Source: Octopus sinensis
Taxonomy: Eukaryota
Reading direction: 5' to 3'
Length of the DNA stretch: 64,000 bases
NCBI RefSeq assembly: GCF_006345805.1
Contig: NC_043021.1
Location: forward strand, 18,166,001-18,230,000
A program made the position numbers and the translations under genes. The notes beneath the pieces were generated by a model that saw nothing but the letters and a program-made list of their open reading frames with translations, did not search any database and was not told where the DNA came from. Position 1 is the first letter of the stretch. Each line of letters opens with the position of its first letter. Shown here in pieces: positions 49,621 to 61,858 of the stretch.

Positions 49621-50300
49621 ACAGCAGCTGCACCACCACCACCACCACCACTGCAACCACAACCACTACTGTAGCCAGAGCTACCACCAACCTCCACCAT
49701 CACTATCTTTTGATGTCACCAGGAACATAACTGGTGCCACTCTTTTCCACCTTACTACTACTACTACTACTGCAGAGCCACCTATGGAGTTTCTGTGTAG
49801 TTGCTTGACCTGCTAATAACAGCAGCCAAGTCTCCCAGTGAAGGAAGGGCACATTGGGTAATACAGACTTATGTGCAATAACTTGGAACAGAGCAAAAAA
49901 TTTTATAGTTTGGTCATGGTCGGAATGCTGAGTTTTAAGGTCTGTTGAATCCAAGTTGACCTTGGGCTAAACAACAACAACAACAACAACAACAGCTATG
50001 GTAGCAACACTCTGCTAGTAATCACCACTAGTACAACCACCACTACTGTTATTACCAGCACCAACATCACACCACCACCACCACCGGCACCACCGACCAT
50101 ACACTTCAGAGTTAAGTAGTTTGTCTAACAACAAAAACCAGCAACTGACACAATTTTTCTAAGTCCTCTTGGAACAAACAGCAGGCACCTCCCCCCCCCC
50201 CTGCTTCCCCCCCCCCCCCCGTCTCTCCTTCTCCCTCCCTCCCTTCTCTTCTCTTCTCTCTTTTCTCTTTGTTGTCTGCTCAATGGAAATTGTATCTGGC

Positions 50301-50379
50301 CATCATCATTATCATCATCATCATCATCATCATCATCATTATCATCATTATCATCATCATCATCATCATCATCATCATT

Positions 50380-50417
<38 letters not shown>

Positions 50418-50580
50418 TATCATCATTATCATCATCATCATCATCATCATCATCATTATCATCATCATCATCATTATCATCATCATCATCATCATCATCA
50501 TTATCATCATCATCATCATCATCATCATCATTATCATCATTATCATCATCATCATCATCATCATCATTATCATCATCATT

Positions 50581-50615
<35 letters not shown>

Positions 50616-50627
50616 TATCATCATCAT
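50301..50627. repeat. (CAT)n microsatellite with TAT interruptions
   Basis: Direct reading; source of the poly-His, poly-Ile and poly-Met ORFs. Confidence 0.97.
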
Positions 50628-51004
50628 CAACAACAGCAACATGGCACCAAAGGCAAGCTATGTTGACTGGTTGACTGGCAACTATTTAAAAGCACAGGTA
50701 GCTGGGGTTTGTTTTTGTTGTTGGTGTTGGTGCTGTTTTTGCTAGGTGGTGGTGGTGGTGGGTGTGGGTGTTGATATGGTGATCATGGTGGTGGTGGTGG
50801 CGGTCATGGTGGGAAGGACTATGATGGTCTTCACCTTGGTCTTCTATCATACTTCCATACACATCCAAGGTTGTATTATATAAACTTTGGTACTTCACTG
50901 CTATTTCCTTTCATTGACTTTGACCCCAGTGGGATTTGAATTCAGAACATAAGGGGCTACAAGCAGGTACCACAAGGCATGCTGCTTACTATTCTAACAA
51001 TTCT

Positions 51005-51238
51005 TATTTCTTTATTACCCACAAGGGGCTAAACATAGAGGGGACAAACAAGGACAGACAAAGGGATTAAGTCGAATACATCGACCCCAGTGTGAAACTG
51101 GTACTTAATTTATCGACCTCGAAAGGATGAAAGGCAAAGTCGACCTCGGCGGAATTTGAACTCAGAATGTAACGGCTGACGGAATACCTCTCAGCATTTC
51201 GCCCGGCGTGCTAACGTTTCTGCCAGCTCACAGCCTTA
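51005..51238 (-). mobile_element. Family C SINE, full length
   Basis: Head, core and GTGGGTAATAAAGAAATA tail present. Confidence 0.88.
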
Positions 51239-51443
51239 CCCTGTTGGTCCACTATCTGTCATGTTAGTGGCATGGTCACAGTGATTTTGATGTTGGTGAC
51301 GATGATGATGATATTAAAGTTTAGATGGAAGGAATGATGGGATCATGATGACAGATTGATGGTGATGTGCCCCCATTTTTAAAAAATCCAAACTGTCCTT
51401 CCTTTATGTTTTCATGATAGTAGGATCTGATTTAAGGTCTCTA

Positions 51444-52677
51444 TGAATGTTTGGGACAAAAGTCTTTAGTCTATTTTATCAAAGTTAAAAGTTTCAGCAT
51501 TTCCACATCAACTCCAAAACTGCCAAGACCTTACCTAACAATGGAGCCCTAACCAACAAGGAAGTCCTGACCAATGAGGCAGCTCTAACCAACAAGGAAG
51601 TCTGAACCAACAAGGGAACCCTAACCAATGAGGGAGTTCTAACCAATGCGTGAACCCTAACCAACAAGGGAACCTTAACCAATATGCATCCCTAACTAAT
51701 GAGGGAAACAACTACATGGAGATCCCCCTGATTGACTCATTACTGTTGTTGTTTAGCTCCAGATTATTCCTTCTTTTGGACATTGCATATCTAGGACTAC
51801 ATCATCTTATGTATTTCTCCTTTGCAAGACAGCAGTGTTTAATTTGAGGGAGATAGTTCTACTATTTCTAATGGGCTGAACAACCACTTACAAAATTGTT
51901 TCATTAGTTAGGGATCCTTCATTGAATAGAACTCTCTCATTGGTTAGGACTTGCTCATTGGTTAAAGCTCCCTTGTTTGCTGGAGACTCTTGTTGATTAG
52001 GTCTCTTTCATTGGTTAAGACTCCCTCATTAGTTAGGGATGCATATTGGTTAGGGTTCCCTTGTTGGTTAGGGTTCACTCATTGGTTAGAACTCCCTCAT
52101 TGGTTAGGGCTCCCTTGTTGGTTAGGGTTCACTCATTGGTTAGAACTCCCTCATTGATTAGGGTTCCCTTGTTAGTTAGTTAATTGTTGGTGAGGGTTCA
52201 CTCATTGGTTAGGGTTCATTCATTGATTAGAACTCCCTGATTTGTTAGGACTCCCTTGTTGGTTAGGGTTCACTCATTGGTTAGAACTCCCTCATAGGTT
52301 AGGGTTCCCTTGTTGGTTAGGGTTCACTCATTGGTTAGAACTCCCTCATTGGTTAGGACTCCCTTGTTGGTTAGGGTTCACTCATTGGTTAGAACTCCCT
52401 CATTGGTTAGGGTTCACTCATTGGTTAGAACTCCCTCATTGGTTAGGGCTCCCTTGTTGGTTCGGACTTCCTTGTTGGTTAGAACTCCCTCATTGGTTAG
52501 GGCTCCCTTGTTGGTTCGGACTTCCTTGTTGGTTAGAGCTGCCTCATTGGTCAGGACTTCCTTGTTGGTTAGGGCTCCATTGTTAGGTAAGGTCTTGGCA
52601 GTTTTGGAGTTGATGTGGAAATGCTGAAACTTTTAAATTTGATAAAATAGACCAAAGACTTTTGTCCCAAACATTCA
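51444..52677. repeat. Foldback: long inverted repeat with asymmetric arms containing an 18-bp/54-bp TTAGGG-bearing minisatellite
   Basis: Left arm 51444-51706 is the reverse complement of both ends of right arm 52022-52677; about 95 bp of unique outer sequence plus 18-bp monomers such as CATTGGTTAGGGCTCCCT. Confidence 0.92.
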
Positions 52678-53002
52678 ATTTTGGGATAATAGCAAAATAA
52701 TTTTTGAATCGATTGTGTCTAAAGTCTATATGATATCTGGTTTTCACTTGATAGCTTTCTGTAATGGATGTACCGTGTAATATTCTTTATATAATCAAGA
52801 AAGAAATAAAGAAATCTGTTTTTATCTCATGATTCAAGAAAATTCTGCTATTGATCCAGACAGTTGATATTCTGGTGAGCAATGTCCTTTTCACATATAT
52901 TCAAAACAGAAAAGCTTTTCTTTACTTGTAAGAGCCCTACTTGTAACCAAATAGGAAATTCTTGTACACCTAAATACATCACATTTTTTCTTGTGCTCTC
53001 TC

Positions 53003-53037
<35 letters not shown>

Positions 53038-53803
53038 AAAAGCACTATGTTGTCAAAACATTCTTCAGTTCTTCAGCTTTGAAGTCTCTCTGAAACCATA
53101 TTTTAATATTTTCTCAAACAACACTGGAAGTTAAAAAACAAAATAATAATTCATTAAAAAAATTTGTATGTATAAATGTATGTATGTGTATGTTTGTGTG
53201 TACATACACATGCATGTATGCATATACATATGTGTGTGTGTTATATAGATAAGTGCATGTGTGTGTGTGTGTGTGTGTGTGTATTGTGATAAAGTTCAAA
53301 TAAATCCTTGCAATGATTTAAAGTAAATATTTTCCTTCGGAGTTAATCTCCCAATGTTGTTGAAGTTTCCCTACAAATATATCATCACCGGTCTACACCC
53401 ATCTTCCAGGTGTGTTTTTAATTGCACCAGGTACGAAGTAGATCTGATCTCTGATGTAGATAAGGGCGAGAAAGTTATTCTTGCTGGTACCTAGCTGAAA
53501 GGCACCTTCAGTATCCACACCTTTGTGTGTGCATGTGCGCCTCCTCCACACTCTCTCTCTCTCTCTCCTGCTCCCCCTCTCTTTGTCACACATTCACATT
53601 CACTCATCCACTCACCCTCACAGATGGAGGTGTTAGCCCAGAGCTAGAGAGCTTGCCTCAAACTGCAACTGATGCATCTTTATCTGCAAATTACGTGCAG
53701 TGTGGAAATATGTCTGATTAGTATCACCGCTGTCATGTTGCTGAAGACTTGGCCTTTAGATTCACATCTGCTTTATTCTGTTAACTTCCCTTTATCTCTT
53801 TAA

Positions 53804-54428
53804 CCCTTTAGCATTCAGATTACTTTGTCAAATGTGACGTTTGTTTACTCTTTTACTTGTTTCAGTCATTTGACTGCGGCCATGCTGGAGCACTGCCTTT
53901 AATCGAGCAACTTGACCCCGGGACTTATTCTTTGTAAGCCCAGTACTTATTCTATCGGTCTCTTTTGCCGAACCGCTAAGTAACGGGGACATAAACACAC
54001 CAGCATCGGTTGTCAAGCAATGCTAGGGGGACAAACACAGACACACAAACACACACACATACATATATATATATACATATATACGACAGGCTTCTTTCAG
54101 TTTCCATCTACCAAATCCACTCACAAGGCATTGGTCGGCCCGGGGCTATAGCAGAAGACACTTGCCCAAGATGCCGCGCAGTGGGACTGAACCCGGAACC
54201 ATGTGGTTGGTAAGCAAGCTACTTACCACACAGCCACTCCTGCGCCTGTTTATTCGTATTCTTTTGAATTAATCATGCTTTGTTTCTTAGTTCCAAGATT
54301 TTGATGATGTGATTGTTTATTTTTAGAATGACATTGCAAGACTGGTTTGAAAGGCTGGATCTGGCCAGTTTGAACATAAAACAGGTAGAATATTGGGGCT
54401 GGGTACGACTTGTTTAAATGCTAAAGGG
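53804..54428. mobile_element. piggyBac-type MITE interrupted by a family A SINE
   Basis: TTAA|CCCTTTAGCATTC (TTAA at 53800) and AATGCTAAAGGG|TTAA (TTAA at 54429). Confidence 0.82.
53845..54247 (-). mobile_element. Family A SINE, full length
   Basis: Near-identical to 1704-2118. Confidence 0.9.
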
Positions 54429-54689
54429 TTAATTTTACTTAGAATCTTGTAAGTTAAAAGAATCTTAACCTTTTTTAAGTGGGAGATAGAGAATGGCAAA
54501 ATATGAAGACAGAACTGCAAATGCAATATAATCAACTGTCTCAGTTGGCCTTGTGAAATGTAGTGTAACATTTTTCTGATCTCTATATACAGTGTTCCTT
54601 TGTAGTTGCCAGGGGCTCACCACAGTCAGCCAAACCAGTCTAGCAAACTACAGTTTAATTAGCATCTACACCTTATTGGTGACCCTGCC

Positions 54690-55140
54690 AGTGATGGTGT
54701 CACATAAAAAGCACCCAGTACACTCTGTAAAGTGGTTGGCATTATGATGAACATTCAGTTGTAGAAACCATGCCTAAATGGACAATAGAGCTTGCTTGGT
54801 ACAGCTCCTGGCCTTGTCAGCTCCTGGATTTGTCAGCTCCTGGCCTTTTCAGCTCCTGGCCTTGTCAGCTCCTGGCCTTGTCAGCTCTTGGCCTTGTCAG
54901 CTCTTGGCCTTGTCAGCTCCTGGCCTTGTCAGCTCCTTGCCTTGTCAGCTCCTGGCCTTGTCAGCTCCTTACCTTGTCAGCTCTTGGGCCTTCTCAGCTC
55001 CTGGCCTTCTCAGCTCCTGGCCTTCTCAGCTCCTGGCCTTCTCAGCTCCTGGTCTTGTCAGCTCCCGGTCTTGTCAGCTCCTGTCAGACTGCCCAACCCA
55101 TGCCAGCATGGAGAATAGACATAAAATGATGATGATGATG
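54690..55140 (+). mobile_element. Older family D retroposon containing a 16-bp minisatellite
   Basis: AAAAAGCACCCAGTACACTC...GTAGAAACC upstream; CCAACCCATGCCAGCATGG...(ATG)n downstream. Confidence 0.8.
54802..55085. repeat. 16-bp minisatellite CAGCTCCTGGCCTTGT, 17 units plus a partial unit
   Basis: Counted directly. Confidence 0.95.
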
Positions 55141-56499
55141 ATCCCGCCTCTTAATGGATTGTATTTGGTATGGTTTGGTAGTTTTATGTACAACAGAGAG
55201 TTTCTGTAGCTTCTAATGTGATGTCATGTCAGCGCATGAAACATTGGTAGAATGTTGTGTCTCTTTTAGAATTATTGAATTATAAAGATTCCGTCACCAA
55301 ATATCAGATGAATCCACTTTAAAGTTACAGTAAAAGATTATTTCAGATTCCATTCCTCATCCAAGTCAGTCTTTATTTATGACTGTGAAACTTGAATCCT
55401 TATTATGCCCACAATCAAGTTCGAGGACTGCTACACATAAGCTGTGCTGTTTCATTTTCTATGTCAGCTGTATGTAGAAAGTAATCAGTGAGCAATTCTA
55501 TAAGGAAATGTCCCCTCACAAGCTGACCCTGGAAGATTGCTACAGCTCTGTGACATCCAGAGTTGCTCACCAGCCATGTTATCATCTGGGAATTGGCTCA
55601 TGGAAGGCTAAATTGTGGGTCTCCTTCCAAAAGCATGGTGAAGACTCTGATGGAGGAGAGTGGTACTTTGAATGCTGTTGAATTCAGGACATGAGTAATG
55701 GGACACAATCTGTAGGACGTGTTTATCATCATCAGTGCAAGTTGTAGATGACAAAAAAGCCCCCCATAAAACCCCACATTTTGATGGTAGTTTGTTCAAA
55801 GGCAAACAAATGATAGAGGTATGGGGAACCCATAGTTAAGGCAAAAATCATTAGAGCATTGTAAAAAAATGCCTAGCAGTATTTGATCCAGCTCTTTACA
55901 TTCTGAGTTCAAATCCTGCTGAGGGGTACCTTGCCTTTTATCCTTTAAAGATTGATAAAATAATTGAACTAGTCAAGTACTAAGATCAATGTAATTGATA
56001 GCACCCTCCCACTGCTTCTCAAAATTGCTGGCCTTATGCATAAATTAAGAAAGAGTCATAAACCTTAAAGATTCCTAGTTCAAATCCTGCCTGGCATTAT
56101 GGTCTGGTACACATCCTGGAATATGACACCTGATGACAAATGAAGAAATATAATGTGAATGTGAATATTGAAAATGAATTAATTCTCTAAAAATGAGGTT
56201 AATAATCTGTTAAACCTTATTAACAGATTGTCTCAGACATTTAAATTGAAACTTTTTTAGTTTCTTGACGAGCAAGCTTGTTTGCTATGCTGGGGAAAAT
56301 GTTTATCAAATTGATTTGCTTCTTGCAAGATTTTGCATGAATGTAACTAATGATAACTAATCAATGAACTTTATGAATGGCATCTTTTGAGTGTTGGGCC
56401 TCACAGAAGCAATGTGGCTGATGCTGGTGTCATGTAGCTGGCTTGTAAATAGCACCTTACAAGTGTAGGGCCTCATGGAGGCAATGACAAATGACTGAG

Positions 56500-56781
56500 A
56501 CCTTTGGCAATATACTGTGCTTGAGTAGAAGACCCATCAAGCTGAGTGAAATCATAGTCATGGCAGATACTAGTGTCATGTAACTGGTACCTCTGCTGGT
56601 GGCATGTAAAAGCACCCAGTACACTCTGTAAAGTGGTTGGTGTTAGGAAAGGCATCCAGCCGTAGAAACCATGCCAAATCAGACTGGAGTCTGGTGCAGT
56701 CCCTCAGTTTACTAGCCCTGGTCAAACTGTCCAACCCTTGCCAGAATGGACAACGGATGTTAAATGATGATGATGATGATG
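56500..56781 (+). mobile_element. Older family D retroposon
   Basis: GGCATGTAAAAGCACC...GGAAAGGCATCCAGCCGTAGAAAC...(ATG)n. Confidence 0.8.
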
Positions 56782-56917
56782 AAATATATAATATGAAACT
56801 TTAACTTTGATCCTTAGTTATTTTGAAAATATGCAAAATTTAAATCCTAAAATTTATTATCATGCAACGAACCCTAACTTCTTAAAATTTCTGGCTTTGT
56901 GCCAAATTTTGAAGCCA

Positions 56918-56958
<41 letters not shown>

Positions 56959-57358
56959 ATGCAATTTATTGTGATATTATAATCAGGTCTGTAAGAATGA
57001 CACAGATGATAATGCACTGATCATTTGCTGATTAATGAGTAAGTTAATTCTTACTTGTCAGTTTTGACACTGCATTTTATCTACCATTGGTCTGCAGGAA
57101 ATACTTGCAATATTCAGGTCATTTAACTACACCTGTTCCAACACAAAATCTAATCTCAATGTGTGCATATATGGGTACATATTGTATTATGCAACAGAAA
57201 TTTATACGCTTCAAGGGGGTCACTAAATGACCAGGGTACACCAAGACTCATGTAGTGGGCAGAGATGACAACAACAGGACTTTTTTTGCTTAGTCTATGT
57301 GATTTCTGTAATAATGGTCAGTCTTTCTTTAATGTGGCTATGCTTACAATTCTTTCAA

Positions 57359-57932
57359 GCACGCCGGGCAAAATGCTTAGCGGTATTTCGTCTTCCGCAA
57401 CGTTCTGTGTTCAAATTCTGCCGAGGTCGACTTTGCCTTTCATCCTTTCGGGGTCGATTAAATAAGTACCAGTAAAACACTGGGGTCAATATAATCGACT
57501 TAATCCGTTTGTCTGTCTTTGTTTGTCCTCTCTGTGTTTAGCCCCTTGTGGGTAGTAAAATAATAAGTATTTCGTCTGCCGCTACGTTCTGAGATCAAAT
57601 TCTGCCAAGGTCGACTTTGCCTTTCATCCTTTCGGGGTCGATTAAATAAGTACCAGTAAAACACTGGGGTCGATATAATCGACTTAATCCGTTTGTCTAT
57701 CTTTGTTTGTCCTCTCTGTGTTTAGCCCCTTGTGGGTAGTAAAAAAATAGGTATTTCGTCTGCCGCTACGTTCTGAGATCAAATTCTGCCGAGGTTGACT
57801 TTGCCTTTCATCCTTTCGGGGTCGATTAAATAAGTACCAGTTATGCACTGGGGTCGATATAATCGACTGAATCTGTTTGTCTGTCCTTGTTTGTCCTCTC
57901 TCTGCTTAGCCCCTTGTGGGTAGTAAAGAAAG
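57359..57932 (+). mobile_element. Head-to-tail array of three family C units, 184-bp period
   Basis: GTATTTCGTC at 57383, 57567 and 57751. Confidence 0.92.
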
Positions 57933-57935
57933 AAA

Positions 57936-58150
57936 AAGGTGGTGAGCTGGCAGAATCGTTAGAACACCCGGCAAAATGCTTAGCAGCATGTTTGTCTGCC
58001 TTTATGTGCTGAGTTCAAATTGCACCAAAGCCAACTTTACCTTTTATCCTTTCAGGGTCGATAAAATAAGTACCAATTGGGCACTGGGGTAAATCTGATC
58101 AGCTTAGGCCCTCCCCTGAAAGGTAACCTTGTGTCAACATTCAAAACCAA
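57936..58150 (+). mobile_element. Older full-head family C SINE with the alternative tail
   Basis: AAGGTGGTGAGCTGGCAGAATCG head. Confidence 0.8.
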
Positions 58151-59539
58151 TACACCCCCCCCCCCATTCAAACACTTTGGTCTCATTCATCATTAGATAT
58201 CTTATTTTGGGATGTGTTATTCAAAGTACCAGCCTGGATTTGAACTAAGGATCTCTATTTCTGAACTGAGAGGAATAGCATTTTTATCACTGAAGTCATT
58301 GCCACATTTATGTCATACATCAAACTGTAACTGCTAGATGTAAAGATGTAGATATTAATGTTTATTACATTGTTAATGATTCTGTTAATAGTCCCAAAAG
58401 TTATAAACCTTGTTAATAACTCATCTCTGACGTTTATCCATTCATTGATAACTTATGGATTACAATTGAGATATTTTATTTATAGTAAATATTGTGTGTG
58501 TGTGTGTGTGTATGTGTGTGTGTTGTTGGAGTGTAACGGGTAATAATTGGAATGGAGTTATTCAATAAGGGGATCGTTGAGCATTTAATCCATCACATGC
58601 TTTTGGTTATTGGCATTTGGAGAGTAAATTATTTAAAAATTCTGAAGTCACTGACCTGTGAATGTGTGGTGGAGAGGTGCATAGAAACTGGAGTGGGGAC
58701 AAGCTGAGTATTATAGGCTGTGGATTTGGAGTGTCTGAAGGGTCTGGAGTGGGGCAAATCGAGTCCGGTGTATTATGCAGAGAGTGTTTGGTTAATAACT
58801 TCCAACACACACCTGTGTACAATGCATTCTGTATCAACACCTGCTTTTCTTGTACAGTTTTTATTAGTAGAGCTAATTAATACAGTGACATCAATGTTAA
58901 CGAGAGAAACAGGTTGTTAACCTTTTAACTAAGTAAATGTTAATATTGCTACTCCAATTCTGACTGGAGAAGTGGTTCTTTTTTGTTTGTCATGGTAACC
59001 AACCGGCTTAATGTTATTTTGTGATTGTTAAAAACTTGTTCAAATCAAACTTTTACTTTGCTGCTGCTGCTAGTGGTGGTGGTTGTAGTAGTAGTAGCAG
59101 CAATTGTAACAAAATGGTATTAAACTTAGCAGAGAGGTGGTAGTGGAAGTAGCAGTGATGACTTTCAAACTAAAGTCTCTTTAGAAATTAGCATTTAATT
59201 TTAGTACTATTAGCAGCAATGGCAGCAGTGACAGTTGAAACAGAAAATGGTATTAGACTTAACAGAGGTGGTGGTCGTGTTGGTGGTGGTGGTGGTGGTG
59301 GTGTTACAGAGTGGTGGATTGGCAATGGGATTTTTACATTCTGTTTTCAAATCTTGCTGAGATCAGCACTGCCTTTCATCTCTCTGGGTTGTGGGGAGTA
59401 GTGTGGGGGGAGCAGGGGTAAAGAAGATCCCAATCAAATACCAGTATCAGTTTGACTACTGCCCCCTCAGAAATTTCAGACCTTGTAGAAACAGGTGTCA
59501 TATCGGTGCTGGTTTGGCCAAATTGTTAAGGTGTGAGAA

Positions 59540-61190
59540 AAATTCCTCTTTCCAGCTCTTTACATTCTGAGTTCAAAACCTACTGAGATTAACTTTACCT
59601 TTCATTCCTCTGAGATCGACTAAATAAAGTACTGAAGTTGATGGCATTGGTGAAATTTCTCCTTCAAGATTTCTGGCCTTGTGCCTCCATCAGAAATCAA
59701 GGGCCATGAGATGGCACAACCTTGGACAAAATGCTTTGTTGTATTTCCTTAAGCTCTTTATGTTCTCAGTTCAACTTTGCTTTTCATCTTTCCAAGGTTG
59801 ATAAAATAAAGTACCAGTTAAGTACCACTCCCCTCTGAGTTACTGACCTTGTACCTGAATTAGAAATCATTGTCATTATCATTAATTAATTAATTAAGGT
59901 GGGGGAACTGGCAGAATTGTTGGCATGCTGGATGAAATGCTTAGCAGTATTTTGTCCATCTTTACATCTGAGCCCAAATTCCACCGAGGTTGATTTTTGC
60001 CTTTCATCCTTTCAGAGTTGAAAAATTTAAGTACCAGTCAAGCACTGGGGTTGATGTAATCAACTAGCCCCACCCTCAAATTTCAGTCCTCGTGCATATA
60101 GTAGAAAGGATTGTATTATTATTAATTGTTAGTGTACTGGACAGAATGTTTTGCAGTATTTGTTCCAGCTGTTTGTGCTCTGAGTTCAAATCCTACCAAG
60201 GCCAATTTTTCCTTTCATTCTTTTGATAAAGTCCCTGCCATGTACTGGGATTATTAACATAATTGATTAAACCTCTTCCTTCAAGTTTCTGGCTTTGCAC
60301 CGAATTTAGAAACAGTTAAGGGCAATGAGAAATGAAAGGCCTATTAGAGCACTGAAGTAAATGCTTTGCAGTACTTCTTCCAACTCCTTACATTTTGAGT
60401 TCAAATCACACTAAAGTCATTTCATTTTCTTGGAGTTGATAAAATAAACTACCAGTCACGAAATGGGGTTGAAGTAATTGACTGGTCCTTGCCACCTAAA
60501 ACTGCTAGCTTTATACCAAAATTTGAAATAATTATGAAAGGTAGTTAGCTAGCAGAATTATCAGAGCATCAGAAAAGAAAAAAAAAAAAAAGAAAATGAT
60601 TTGTGATAATTCTTCTGATTCATTAAATTCTAGGTTAGAGTTTCTTCAGGACCAACTTTGGCTTTCAACTCCAGAGAGTTGCTGGCTTTATGCCAAAAAT
60701 TGAAACTATTATTATTATTATTTTGCTGAGGTTGACCTTGCCTGAAATAAGTAAAAACTGATTACTGGGGGTTGATGTAATTAACTAATTCCTTCCCTTC
60801 AAAAATTTCAGGCATTGTGCCTATAGTAATATTTGACCCTGCCTTTCATCCTTTCAGGGTCAATAAAACTAAGTACCAGTAAAACACTGGGGTCAATATA
60901 ATCGACTAGTCTCCTCTCCCAAATTTTAGGCCTTGTGCCTACAGCAGAAAGGACTATCATCATCATTATTGTTGTTGTTATTATTATTATTAATATTAAG
61001 GCGGCAAACAAGCATACTAGACAAAATGGTTTATAGCACTTCTGGCTTTACGTTCAGAGTTCAAATGCCTCTGAGGTCAACTTTGCTTTCATCCTTTTGG
61101 GTTCAATAAAACAAAGTACCAGTCAAGTACTGGGGTTGACGAAATTGACTAACCCTCTTTCCATAAAATTGCTGGCCTTGTGCCAAAATT
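59540..61190 (+). mobile_element. Dense cluster of degenerate family C SINEs, all on the plus strand
   Basis: About seven recurrences of (CT)GAGTTCAAA...CTTTCAT(C/T)CTT...TAAAGTACCAG. Confidence 0.75.
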
Positions 61191-61617
61191 TGAAAAACTA
61201 CCACCACCACCACCACCACTTGTAGCAGCAGTATTCAGTTTAGCAATTACACGATTATTTTCTGTTGAGAATTCCAATTTTGTTTAAAAACACAACAATT
61301 TGGGAAAATCAATTAAAAAAATGTGTTTATCGATTGATTGATATTCAATAAGTTGGAGTTCAGGTGAACTTCTCGAAGCAAGAGAGTTGAGTCAGCTGTT
61401 TTCTTTCACTTCCTAGATAAAACTGTCTCACTTCATTTACGCTGTTGGGGAAAGGCATGAACCTCACAGCTTCCTATTCTCCTTCCTCCTTCAACTTGAA
61501 AGACTGCTTCTCTGCATCTATTGACAAGAAACAATAATTTGTTTATAAGGAATATTAAAAAGTCTCTTAGAGGAAGAAATAAGATGATGGATGAATTAAA
61601 ATGTTTATAGGATAAAT

Positions 61618-61843
61618 CAGTGATTCTCAACCGGGGTCCATATGGCCCTTGCTGGGTGGGGTGGGGGTCCATATAAGATTTTGTTGTTAAAGATTATGTG
61701 CAATAAACTGGTTACACTTCTACAATACACAAAATATTTCAATTTTTTTAATGCAATTCCTAGTAATATTTATAAAAATACTGTAGGATTTCTTTTTTTA
61801 TGGTTATGATGGTTGATAGGGAAAAAATGGTTGAGAACCACTG
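61618..61843. mobile_element. hAT (Charlie-like) MITE
   Basis: TIR CAGTGATTCTCAACC / GGTTGAGAACCACTG; perfect 8-bp TSD GGATAAAT at 61610-61617 and 61844-61851. Confidence 0.92.
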
Positions 61844-61858
61844 GGATAAATGTTTGGA

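Noticed and set aside
50169-50745. Poly-His, poly-Ile and poly-Met ORFs as real proteins
   Set aside because: They are read-throughs of a (CAT)n microsatellite that has no stop codon in these frames; there is no flanking coding context.
52242-52627. Repetitive WLGFTHWLELPH / LVRTPSLVR ORFs
   Set aside because: They result from an 18-bp (multiple-of-three) minisatellite; the mirror ORF at 51494 arises from the inverted arm.
53340-53420. PGRWV*TGDDIFVGK as an RNA polymerase second-subunit motif
   Set aside because: The match is short, has an in-frame stop and no flanking similarity; likely chance.
54770-55209. SSWPCQLL repeat ORFs
   Set aside because: Translations of the 16-bp minisatellite inside a retroposon.
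56125-56150. Canonical CTGATGA...GAAA hammerhead
   Set aside because: No stem II or stem I can be formed; the other CTGAnGA hits I checked also failed.
58607-58840. Possible LINE C-terminal zinc-knuckle remnant (PDSICP...DTPN...LSPL)
   Set aside because: The resemblance is suggestive, but key Cys/His residues are missing and no RT motifs lie nearby.
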